Assembly (NCBI GenBank): GCA_965645245.1
Contig: OZ287083.1
Location: forward strand, 372,001 to 436,000
Direction: 5' to 3'
From: Massalongia carnosa
Taxonomy: Eukaryota
DNA length: 64,000 nucleotides
Each line of letters opens with the position of its first letter. The stretch's first letter is position 1. Under the pieces are notes generated by a model. It was not told the DNA's origin and searched no databases. It saw only the letters and a list, made by a program, of their open reading frames with translations. Positions 13,869 to 25,229 of the stretch are shown here, one piece after another. A program made the translations under genes and the position numbers.

Positions 13869-14629
13869 GTGATCCACTCGGCGGAACGAGTGTCAACGGG
13901 GAAGATGATGAGATGAGCGTCTGGGGGGACCTGGTGGCATCTGTACTAGTATGCTTTGCTTTATGCTTTCCAGCTTTCTTTTGTATGCCTAGTTGCGCTA
14001 CTTTGTTCCGAACACCAATCCCAGCTCCAAGGACCTTACCGAAAGACGTAAATAACAGCATCTTTTTGATATCGTTCTAGTTGGGTATTACCAACTATCA
14101 GTAACGTATGATGTGGTGATACAACACATGGATGGATGAATGGTACGAACGGCTGTTGGCAGTCAAGACAGGGGAGCTGAGCGGTAGTTGACACGTGATA
14201 ATTACTCAACGATGCAGCGGTCCTTTTTCGGCCCGTGACGACTACCTTGTCCGTTGTTGACTTTTTCCAAGACATGTCAAAGTCAGGGCCACCACCATTG
14301 AGCCAAGGAGAGGTACAAATACAGAGTACATATGTACTTGTTAAATTGCTCTACCGACATGACCACTTTTCTTGTTCTTCTCATCAAAAGCGCCCATCTC
14401 CATCACAATCTACATCAGTGTTGGCAGCGTTAGACCAGGCTCGTACAACTTCTTAGTTTCCGATGGAGCTGTGATCGGTGATTCTGCAACACTATCCTCC
14501 ACGTTTTCCTTCCCACATATACATAGACCCTACCTTAGTACGATTGAGCCAGACCAGTTCGTTTACCGGTTCAGAATACAAACAAACGTTACCATACCTG
14601 CGTGAGCCCAAATCTCATACATCGGGAAG

Positions 14630-17517
14630 ATGGCGGACAAAGATCTCAAGCACTCAAGTGCGGAAAGTTCAGATCGGGTGAATATCGCAGCGTGATAAAA
14701 GTTCCTTCAGCTTATGTTAACGATAGCACTTAGGAAACGTTCGAGGACGCTCCTGATACGACCTCCAGGCCAGCATCGCAGCAATCAAGGTCGGCTTCGT
14801 CCATCCGATCCTTGACGGATCGTCCCCTTTCCTCCTCGACTGCTACAACTCCCCGCCTTTCCAAATTACCGGAAACAATGGATATCCCTCCTAGTGCGTC
14901 AGAAGGTGCTCTTAAACCTGATGCCAAAGACGCTCTTCCTGAAAATGGCCCCTCGAAGGCCCCGCTGCTCAGTACTCATCGAATCTCAACGTCATCGTTA
15001 GACGAAGTTCAGCTTAGTGATGCAAACGATGAAGCTCCATCTAGATCCAGGTCAACAACAATCACTTCAATTGAAACGAGTGGAACACCCTTGGACATAC
15101 CTCCCAAGCTACCTTCTCGGCCGCAAGGGCTTTCAGGCAACTTACCCTCTATACCTTGGGGCCCGCCACCCGCTCCCCCCAGGCCAATCTCTGTCACAAC
15201 GACCCCTACACCGAAAAAGCTCTCCATGCCATTCTCGTGGCTTTCGAGGAGTAGCACATCAACGAATAAAGAACCTGTGGTGCCATCGGCTCAGTCCGCA
15301 GGGTATCCTTCCGAGCGACGCAATACTGTAACATCTTTTGCATCGAACGGGACCGGCTCAGAACTCATGATGAGCAAGCTTGATGAAGGAAACGAGTCCG
15401 ATAGCTCCGCTGCCGGTGTGAGAAACCCGGTACGGAACAGCCTACGAGATCGCTTCAAGATATTACGGATGAGAGAAGAAGCTGGGATACATGGCTTGGA
15501 AAGTACCGTGGCGGGTTCGACAGCCGGAGGCAGTGGGGCATTGGCAGGACTTATTGGAAGAAGTGCAAGTGTTGGATTTGGTATTGCAAGCCCTACGAGC
15601 GTCGCCGACGAAAAGGACAGAGGGCTTGCAGGCATATCTGCACCGTCCCCGTCGTCCGCCGTTCCTCCACCCATCCCTTTCAATTCAACAGTCAACCCTA
15701 AACTTGCACCAGGCACGGCCTCTGGAATATCTGCGGGTGTTTCGGCCATGAATGATCCCGCTGCCCCGGTTGATTGGGATCTCTGGCAGTCCGTGGTATA
15801 TGAAGGACCTGCCGCGGTTGCACGGACAAGTGCTGAGGAGCTGAGCTATGCTATAGCGAGCGGTATTCCGAGCGCAATTAGAGGCGTTGTGTGGCAAGTA
15901 CTGGCCCAAAGCAAGAATGAGGAACTTGAAATTGTCTATCGGGAATTGGTGGTTCGGGGGACTGAAAAAGATAAAGATATCACAAGTATCTCGAGAGGTT
16001 CCAGCTTGACCAATATTCACATGAATGGTGCCACAAAGGACAAGAACCCCGTAGCCTCTTCCGCATCGTCGATACATTCAGACAATTCAACACCAGCAAC
16101 CTCGGCTACCAATGGCATTACTTCACCGTCACCTTCACAGGAGAAAGATGCAGAAACGATTGCGAAGCTACAGACAGCCATGATAGCGGAACGAAAGAGA
16201 AGGACAAAGGAAGACAATGTTGCTTTGCAAAAGCTCGAAAAGACTATCAAACGAGACATGGGTGCACGTACAAGCTACTCGAAATACGCCGCGGCTGCCG
16301 GGCTCCAGGATGGGCTTTTTGGAGTCTGTAAGGCATATGCTTTGTTTGATGAAGGCGTTGGTTACGCACAGGGGATGAATTTCTTAGTAATGCCACTCCT
16401 ATTCAATGCAAGTCCACATCCTTCGTCGCAAAGCTCCAAGTCTAATCTTATCATAGATGCCTGAAGAAGAGGCGTTTTGCCTCCTTGTGCGTCTCATGAA
16501 TCAATATCACCTTCGCGACATGTTCATCCAAGACATGCCAGGCCTTCATTTACACCTGTATCAATTTGAGCGACTCTTGGAGGACCTCGAACCTGCGCTG
16601 TATTGCCATTTACACCGGAAGAGTGTTTCACCACAACTCTATGCAACCCAGTGGTTCCTGACCCTGTTTGCTTATCGCTTCCCTTTGCAGCTTGTCTTGC
16701 GGGTGTATGATTTGATCCTTAGCGAGGGGCTCGAAGGTGCTATTCTGAAGTTTGGCATTGTGCTGATGCAAAAGAATGCAAGCACCTTGCTGAGCATGCA
16801 TGACATGGCTGGCCTTACAACATTTCTCAAAGAGCGGCTGTTTGATGTTTACATTGATCAAGCCCCTTCCGCAAACTCATTACTCGAATCCGGATTCTTC
16901 GGTAGCTCGGGTGGCATTGACAAGGAAATTTACCGTGCAGACATCCTTGTACAAGACGCTTGTGCTGTGAAAATCACGCCGGATCTGCTGAAAAGCTATG
17001 CTCTGGAATGGGAGGAGAAAGTTCGGGTTGAAAGGGAAAGGGAATCCGAGCTTGAATCGTTGAAAACCGCCATTGCATCGCTTTCACTCAAAGTTCGATC
17101 GCTGGAGGAGAGGACAGAGAAGTCAGATACCGAGCATGTACAGATGGCATCCGAGCTCGTTCGTACCAAGGTTGAGAATGAGGAGTTACGTGACAACAAC
17201 GAGAGCCTGAGAGGGCAAGTGGACGAGCTGCGGAGCGTCGTAGAGCGACAGCCGGACGAAGTGGAGCAAAGGCTCAAGGAAGAGATGGATCGCATCATGA
17301 GGAGGAATCTTGAAGTTCAGAACGAAAACCGTGGGTTGGAGGAGCAGATGGCTGATATGGAGAAGGTTCTGGTAGAGACGAAGATGCAGCTCGCCGAGGT
17401 AAGAAGCAACTCGTCCCTTGAGTAGTGGCCGATCAACTGATAGGATCACAGATCAACTCCGAGAACGACACCCTCAAGCAAAAATGGAGTGATTTACGCC
17501 GAGCCATTGAGGCTTGA
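14630..17517 (+). CDS. GYP5: Rab GTPase-activating protein, TBC domain with C-terminal coiled coil (Gyp5-like)
   Basis: GIPSAIRGVVWQ, IKRDMGART, GYAQGMNF, LYATQWFLTLF. The first exon starts at ATG 14630. Introns are about 14678-14733, 16408-16456 (GC-AG) and 17399-17451. Confidence 0.85.
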
Positions 17518-18335
17518 TGACGATTTCAAGTTCTTCAGGTACTGCATCCATTGCATTACTAATTTCTTTTATATTGTATGGAGGTCAATACAGCATGCGT
17601 TTTTTTTAAAATGTCCCTGGCCTGATTGGGTCTTATGAAGTTATTGCATCGAAATTGTTCGGGAATACGAAGAGTCTTGAAGACGTGGATGTACTACAGT
17701 GTATTTTTCCGTGGCGTCTGTGGAGTAAAGAAAAGGAGCCAAGGAGCAAGACCTTTGGGGGGGAAAGAGTAGGTATTCAGAAGGGCATCCGTACGTCTTC
17801 TATTTTAGCGAAGCATATATACCCTGTTGTAGTTGTATCAATCCAAGCAACCAATTTTTTTTCCTTTTGGGGGTTAGACCGGCATGCACATCACACATTT
17901 ACGCTTTAACTACCTATGCATTCTCTCATCTGTATGTACACGTCGTATCCGCCTCCTTTTTAGAGCACGTTCCGGTAACTCGCGGGCTCCATCATATATA
18001 TCGGTAGAGAATACATACAATCACGAACTATCCACACCCGAGCAACTCTTTCCCCTCCCTCACAGCTAACCCCTTACTGACGCTTGGTTTTGCTGAAGGA
18101 CCTCTATATCGTATTTATAATAGAGGGGGGGGCACTTAATCTTCCTTTACGCCTGGTTTTATGAAGTGCGTGGATGGGATACATAACTCATTAAGTGACT
18201 GAGTTGGGAAAAAGGATCTTTGTTGATGCTGAATTTCCGAATCGAATTGAATCATGTACGATGATGATGATGAGAGTTGCATTTCGGTTTTTGTCGGCTA
18301 TTCTCCGGCTTAACATCTACATACCAGTCCGACTA

Positions 18336-20482
18336 TCCCTTCGTCTGGCAATTTGGCAGCCATTTAGGTAATATTCAATTTTACACGCGCCGTCTCCGGG
18401 TAATGACTAGTTAATAACTTTAATCTGGCCAATCAGATTTTCCCTTTTCAACGATAATGGGTACAACACCTCAATCACCCCTCATGATCTATGTAAAATT
18501 TCCCAACATGCCTCCTTTTTGCAACATGGTCCACAGCTCTTACATTGCCATCTGGTCTGACTTGCACGTCGTCTTTTGGTGCAATTTTCATCAATTTCCG
18601 CAAGTGGTCGGCGTCGTTTGAGTCTTGGCACTTGCCTTTTGCAGGCCAAACAATAGTCCTTCTTATTCAAATGCTCCCATTTGCAAGTTGACTCGACGTC
18701 TTTATTAACGTCTTGATTAGTAGTAACTATGACATCTGTCGGACGTTTCCGTAGGGCACCGGCTTGATTGGATAGTAGGGCATTTACTATTTCTTTTTGA
18801 AAGTCCAAATGGCTGAGTGTTGAATTCGGATACAGAATTCTCCACAATTTGAAGGCATTTAGAACGGCTGCATCCAGAAGAAAGATGAAAATTGACCACC
18901 AGTAGCGACGATCAGATCTTTGAGGTGAATAATATGCTCTTTGCTGAGCATTCCCATCTGACCCGCCCATGTGCTGGTTATATTCCACGATGGGCATGGG
19001 AAATGGAAGCTTTTCTTCTTCATCATCAACGATGACTCTGGAATTTGCAGGAATTCCATGACGTCGACGGGAATTCTTGTAGAAAGAAGTCTTCAAATCC
19101 TCAATTGTATGAACCGTGGTCATGAATTGCACGGTGTTTAAATCCACCCATGCCATACACAGAATGTCCCCGTCATCAATGTTTGATTTTTTATTTTTAT
19201 TTGCAGGTACCGTCATCAATGCCTTCTTTCCCCAGTCCTTATTCTTGGTGGCTGCAACCCTCAGACGTAGAAGATCAACAGGAAAACCGCATCCTGATTT
19301 AGCCGTCCCACAGGCACCAATTCCAATGGTTTTCAGAGCTTTGAATAGCTTCGTATTTGTGAAGAAGTTGTCCAGAAAGATGACGTATTTCAAGCCTTCA
19401 TCAGACGGTAAACTTCGAGCCAGTTGAATAACGACTAGGGAGGAAGGAGACAAATCCCATTTGGTTGTCGGAAATTTCAATTGTCCAGGCATTTTTAACT
19501 CACTAATTTTGGACACCTGTCTTGCAATTAGTACGATGCAAATTGAGGCCTTTTCTACTCACCTTGGAGGTAAATAAGAAGTCAAAAAGATAATTTTCCT
19601 GACATAAACTATAGATTTTGAAGCCTACACCAGCCGCCTTGGTGGCTATTTGCATAGTATGGCAGCTCCTACCCCTGAATAAAATCAATTGCTCGTCAAC
19701 TGACACATGACTTCCAGGAATCCAGTATTTCTTTGATGCTTTTCGAAAGTCTGTGGCCAATGGTTTCAGTTTTTCCACCAATCAGGGCCTCGAGTATCAA
19801 TGATCTCATCTTCGTCGGGGTTGGATATCTTCAAAAATCGCTTGAGTTGCTCCCATCTTCGAAGACTCATGGCTTGAATCACCATGTCATGTATGGCAAA
19901 TTTAGGAGACGTGTTCCAATAGTCAGTAAGACGTGGCATCAGTGTATACCCCATATATAACAGAATTCCCAGAAAAGCTCCTACTTCAGAAGAAGAGGTG
20001 TCATGCCATTGACGTCTCTTGATGTCGTTTAGGGAATACTTCTTTTTCGCTTTAAGATTGGTGTTTTTAGCTATGATTTCAAGCATTTCAAAGCTAAAGA
20101 AGAGGCAGAATAAACTGAAAGGAGTCTGATTTATCAAGCGCAACGTCTCGTCCGGCTGTGGTTTTCGAAATGGGATCGAAATTGGACAATAATTTGATGA
20201 CGGAGGGGGCATGGAGTCAATTATGCTTTGTACGCTGGGTTTATTCTTTTTGGCCTGTTCTTTCAGAATTGAGGGGGGCAAAGCGTCTGATTGGTCAGGA
20301 ACTTCTATCTCAATGCCTCTCATGATTATTCTAAAGAAATTGTAGATGTTTTAATGATTTTCAACTGATGTTTACCTTCTTATTTACAAAAAAAGGGGAG
20401 AATGTTTTGAAGTTCGCGACTCAGCCCTACGGTATCTCACTAAGCCTATTTAAGGTGGCTGCCAAATTGCCAGACGAAGGGA
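18336..20482 (-). mobile_element. piggyBac-superfamily DNA transposon (about 2.15 kb) with perfect TIRs and atypical flanks
   Basis: A perfect 30-bp inverted repeat CTATCCCTTCGTCTGGCAATTTGGCAGCCA lies at 18333-18362 and 20456-20485, enclosing a piggyBac-type transposase gene. The boundaries given assume a TA TSD (18334-18335 and 20483-20484). Confidence 0.9.
18482..20323 (-). pseudogene. piggyBac-type (PGBD/DDE_Tnp_1_7) transposase with one intron and one apparent 1-bp frameshift
   Basis: Motifs FLGILLYMG...DYW, VSVDEQLI (D1), IFLDNFFT (D2), YNQHMGGSD (D3), RYWWSIFIFLLDAAVLNAF and a C-terminal Cys-rich domain. Intron 19562-19517 (GTGAGT..CTAAT..CAG). Frameshift in an A5 run near 19770 (WWK-N* versus WWKKLKPL). 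Confidence 0.85.
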
Positions 20483-21536
20483 TAGCTAGACTTCTGAGTC
20501 TGAGTCTGGGTAATAGTTTCGTCGCGAATATATAAATACGTGCAACTACCTCGTTAAGTTACCTGGAACGGGACATGGACGGACAATCTTTCTGTGGGTC
20601 CACCTACCTGCACCTGGCATAATACGATGACTACGTCTTGGTGCTTGGTTCGGTGGATGATGAATGGATTCTATCTGGGAAGGGCTACTATCTATAGTGG
20701 GCGAATACGTGATAAGCACGTGCCCGCTTGTTCTAGCCCTTCCGATCCATTCCATTCTAGCCTTATCTGGCTAGTCCCCTTCCTTCTAGAATCCCCCTAG
20801 AATCCCCTTCTGGAATCCCCCTTTTGGTACCTACACTTTCCTATCCTCTCCTCCACTCTTCCCTTGACATTAAACTTTTATACAAGAATGAGTCAGTTAT
20901 ATTACTTTTATATAAAGTAAGTAAGCAAAGTAAGCCTTGTTATGTATGAATATAAGATGACACTTTTTTTTTTTAAAGAAAAGAGAAAGACGGATAAATC
21001 CTTGGAAATTTTAGAGTCTTGAGGAGATTCCCTTCTTCCTCTATTTAAGAGGTTTTCTTTTTGTAAGGGATTTTCATACTCTGTAAAATGTTAGTTATTT
21101 TACATATACATATACCCAATTGACACACCTATCTCCCCCCTCCTTCGCCCTCTCCTCCATCTCCTCCACCTCCTTCCACCCCATCCTATAAGTGTAACAG
21201 AAACCACTTGCATGCATGCTAAGCTACTCTACGTACTTTTATATACTCGGGAAAGAAGAGAGAAAAGAAAAGAAAAGAAAAGAATCAACCAACCAACCAA
21301 CCAGCCAAGCTTCCGTAGAAGAAATAAAAAAACGGAAGAAATCACTAAAACGCACAAACGACTAATCGAAACTATGTTCAGGAAAAGGGTTCGTTTGGGG
21401 GTTTATGTACATATGTATGTAGCTCTGTAGAGAGTATGTAATCTAGCTAGGCAAAATTTTTTTTTAAAAAACCCCACCATTTTGCATATGTACCTATGCC
21501 TGCATACATGCAGCCCCGTATGTATGTACGTACATG

Positions 21537-21733
21537 TGCATGCATGCATGCATGCATCCCTTAAGCTAAAAGCTGCACGAACGACCCCTACGTATGGACC
21601 TAGCTGGCAGACCTGACAGGAGAGTGGGAACCGTCAGTCTAGGGGTGTAGAATCAGGCTGGCAGAGCAGCATGGGGAGGGGGGAGGGGAGGGGATGGATG
21701 GGCATGTGGATGGACGTGATTATTATCTATATA

Positions 21734-21767
<34 letters not shown>
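21537..21767. repeat. Microsatellites (TGCA)5 and (TCTG)8 in a low-complexity intergenic tract
   Basis: Read directly: tgcatgcatgcatgcatgcat at 21537-21557 and the tctg run at 21734-21767. Confidence 0.9.
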
Positions 21768-21770
<3 letters not shown>

Positions 21771-22115
21771 GCTACCGTGAAGATGGAATACTGTGTCTAT
21801 ATATCGAGAACTGGATGCTGCGCGGCAAGAAATGTGAGGAGCGAATACAAAATATAAAGAGAACCGAGGGACCTGATGGATCGAGCGGTCTGCTCAAAGA
21901 ATCGAAATTTTTCGTGGTTCCTGCCATTTCCAACCAGCGGCAAGCCGCTATTCGCGTCGAGTGAGTCTTTCAGTCGAAGAGAGCGGCGATTCGGGCGCTG
22001 TCCAGGTCCGGCCCGTAAGAGGACGTAGCCGAAACATCGTCCTCGTCGCCGTCCCCGTTTGCCGCTACGTTCCCCTCCTAATCCGAGTCCACCTCGGGAT
22101 TGGCGTTACGCTGCA

Positions 22116-23534
22116 CTAGGGCCTCGTTGTCGGCCTCGATGACCGCGGCCAGATTAGCGGCGCGTTTGTATTGTACGGATGCTTCTTGCCCCTGTTGTAC
22201 CATCCGTGCCAGGTCGGGCTCAAACAATTGGTGACTATTGCCTGGTCCTTCTATCCATTCTTGGTGGAACCCTTGGGCGTCAGGCTGAGCGGATAAGTTT
22301 TTGCGGAAAAGGCATCCCCGGACCAGGCGGTAACTCCTAAGAAAACGTCCGCGTTGCGCTGAATATACGCGAGGCCTCGGCAAGCGTCTGTTTTGGTTTT
22401 CGCCAAGTCAGTTACGAGCGGCTTCAGATGTAGGCGTTCACCTTGAAGAGGGCGAGGTTTCTCAGGGATGAGGGGGTATGGTCATTACTTTCCAAGCAAT
22501 TGTACTTGCTGCCACCACCGGTTTCGCTAATAAAAGCTCGGCGCTTGTGTTTACAAAGGTAGGCTACGAGGGGGCGGTAGACATCGATGAGATCTGTACG
22601 ACAGGATCCACCGCCGGAGTCGTAGTATTTATGGACATCGTAAATGAGGTTCCCGGTCTTTCCATCCGGATTCTTCACTCTGTTAAGTGGGGGAGCACAC
22701 TCAACGTGAAAATCCTTGGCGGTTGTATACCGTGTACCTATGATGGTGTGTTGGTTACCGCGCCCGATGACCGCGAGGATGAGGTTTTACTTACCTGGCA
22801 AGAGAATATATTGTTCCGTTGCCCTCGTTTGATGGATGGTAGTCACGACAGCTTGAACGGTGTCTGTCTAAATTTCCATGTCGACTGAGGAAGAAATATT
22901 AGCATTTTGCCATGTCGCCATAGGCTGATCGACTGTCTTACGATTATGGGGTTCGTTCATGATTCCGAACATGATTCTCCGTTCGTTTTCATATTTCTGA
23001 GCGAGTTGTCGCCAGACGCTTGCGAACTGCTCGTTCGATGGGCCTCCTTGGCCAACGATCTTCCCATTCCAACGCCCGTAGTTGTGGATGTCGAGTATGC
23101 AATGGGCGCCGCTGCGCAGACAGGCCTGCACCAAAAGATCGTACAGCGCGAGGTTACTCTCGTCAAGGCTTCCTCCTACTTTATGGTTGACTAGATATTG
23201 CCATGCCACAGGAGGTCGAAAAACATTAAAGCCGTACGCATTGACGAAATGCTGCATTTGCCCAGGACCATCGGCGTAGTATCTATAGCGGTCGATATAT
23301 GCGGTGGTTTGATTTCCGGGTTCGACCGGAAGGGCGGAGTGACTCCGTCTGGAAGACAGTAGCCCTAAACACATGAATCTGATTCCTGGAAGGCTGCCAC
23401 GAACGGAAGCTCCCCACATCGGCTGTGCAGCCAAAATCAAAACCTGCAATGTTCACGCCCATCATCTCGGTCTTTGCGAAAGCCGCATTGAAGCTCGCAG
23501 CGGCAAGCAAGCCGGCCAGAAGTCCTCTTAACAT
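22116..23534 (-). pseudogene. Secreted GH5 (subfamily 5-like) endoglucanase interrupted by two in-frame TAG codons
   Basis: Signal peptide, GVNIAGFDFGC, ILDIHNYGRWNG, FGIMNEPH (acid/base Glu), IYDVHKY and ISETGGG (nucleophile Glu). Five introns can be placed in frame. TAG occurs at 22870-22868 and 22253-22251 where Trp is expected. Confidence 0.82.
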
Positions 23535-25229
23535 GACTGCGGCGTATGAATATAAAAGCTCAGGATTCAGTATTAAACGTGGCCAATGAGGGCCAATGAT
23601 TATATCTGCTGTTGAAAAAGAAGTAAATAAAGAAAATGCTTAAACACAAGCCGTTAAGACCGATGGCTATAAACATTGAAGTGGTGCGGGCAAGGCGATG
23701 AAGTGAAGACCGCACATAAGGTTAAAGCCTGTGATTTAAATGAGGCTCTTCTTGAAAAACATAAGATGCACTGCCAGGACTCCCAGTGAGAGCATGGGGA
23801 GGCGGCACATTAGCAAAAGGCGTCCTGATCATCTCCGGCCAAACCTCATCCTTTACATCTCCCTTGGCCGGGGGAGGCTATTCTACAGATAACGCATAAG
23901 AAAGGCTAGCCTCTCTCCCGAGGATCGTAGGTCGTCGCACAATAAACGTTCTGGAGAAACGGGTGGTGATTATTTCCACGCGGCAGCTCGACAGCGGAAC
24001 ATCCTTTCACGAGAGACGTTGCAATTCCAAGGCAAATGTAGTCCATATCCATAAGCCTAGGAGATTTTTACAGTCATCTTGAGAGTTTCGCGAGCATGCC
24101 TGTGGGCATTCTTGGTCTCCAGGTTCGCGGAAGATGACCGCCCATTTCCATCAAGCTGTTCTTTGAAGGGGATGTGAATTGGATGTGTACGAGTCCTTAC
24201 TCCGATCAATCCTTATTATGTGAACGGAGGAGGATGGAGGTTCGAGATATCACGTGGATCGACGGGATGTCGGCACGATGGCAAGAACTCAAAAGGGAAC
24301 ATTCCATACTCCGTACTCTGTACACATACGCTGACAAGATATTGCAAAAGGAAAGGATACCTGACCCCGCCTGTTCCGGATTCCTAACGGCTTGTCGTTT
24401 CTCCTCCATTTCATTTCTCCTTCCTACTTCCTAGAGTAGAGCTGTTTCATCCGCTCCTCAACCCAATCACCCCTCTGCTGAACCCGTGATTTGGCCCTCC
24501 CTCTCCAAGATACCTAGTTAGTTAGGCCTCAATCTCCGAAAGATCCGATGACGCAATTCTCCGACGACCCGACATGACATTCGCCAAGACGATTGACGAT
24601 TCGAAGGTGTGGCTGGTGGGTCAGGGGGAAGAACGTGCATGTTGTGTTTCGTTACGTGTTTCGAGGTCTTCTCCCCGTTGATAGATACCTGGATGTTACA
24701 TAACAGAAACAGGTCGGAATACCAGAAGACGCTGAAAACGATGGAGGAATAAATCTCTTCGTTAAACCCGAGTATTGCCAGCAAATGTCATGGGTTTACA
24801 TTGAACAAAGCGGAGTAATCATATGAGTGGCCTCTCATTCTCTCTACACAAACGTTCTCCCCCCCCCCCTCCTGCAATCCATCTCCGGGAAAATACTACG
24901 TCTCCATCCCAATGAGGCAACATGCTCACATCCTACCCCTAACTAAGGGAGCTGATGGGAGATTGTGGAGGGGTGATCATGAAAGCGTGTCATAGACTCA
25001 GTCATACGTCGTTTGCTATCATGCCCCCTCGCACGTGAACTACCGAAACCCAAAACAAGTGGAGAGTTAAAGACGGCAAGGTCATGGGCGTGATAGTCTT
25101 CTTTCATGAGCAAATCGCAAGGTGCGTGAAGATTCCGCATCCCAAAGCCAGCCACTTCGCATTGGGGCCTCGTCTGTCCCCGACCCTCAACACGTGCCCT
25201 GCCGTCACCACACGTGTCCGATCCTCGCT

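Noticed and set aside
19766..19781. Programmed -1 ribosomal frameshift in the piggyBac transposase
   Set aside because: In-frame G_AAA_AAC is not a canonical X_XXY_YYZ slippery heptamer; a homopolymer deletion or sequencing error is simpler.
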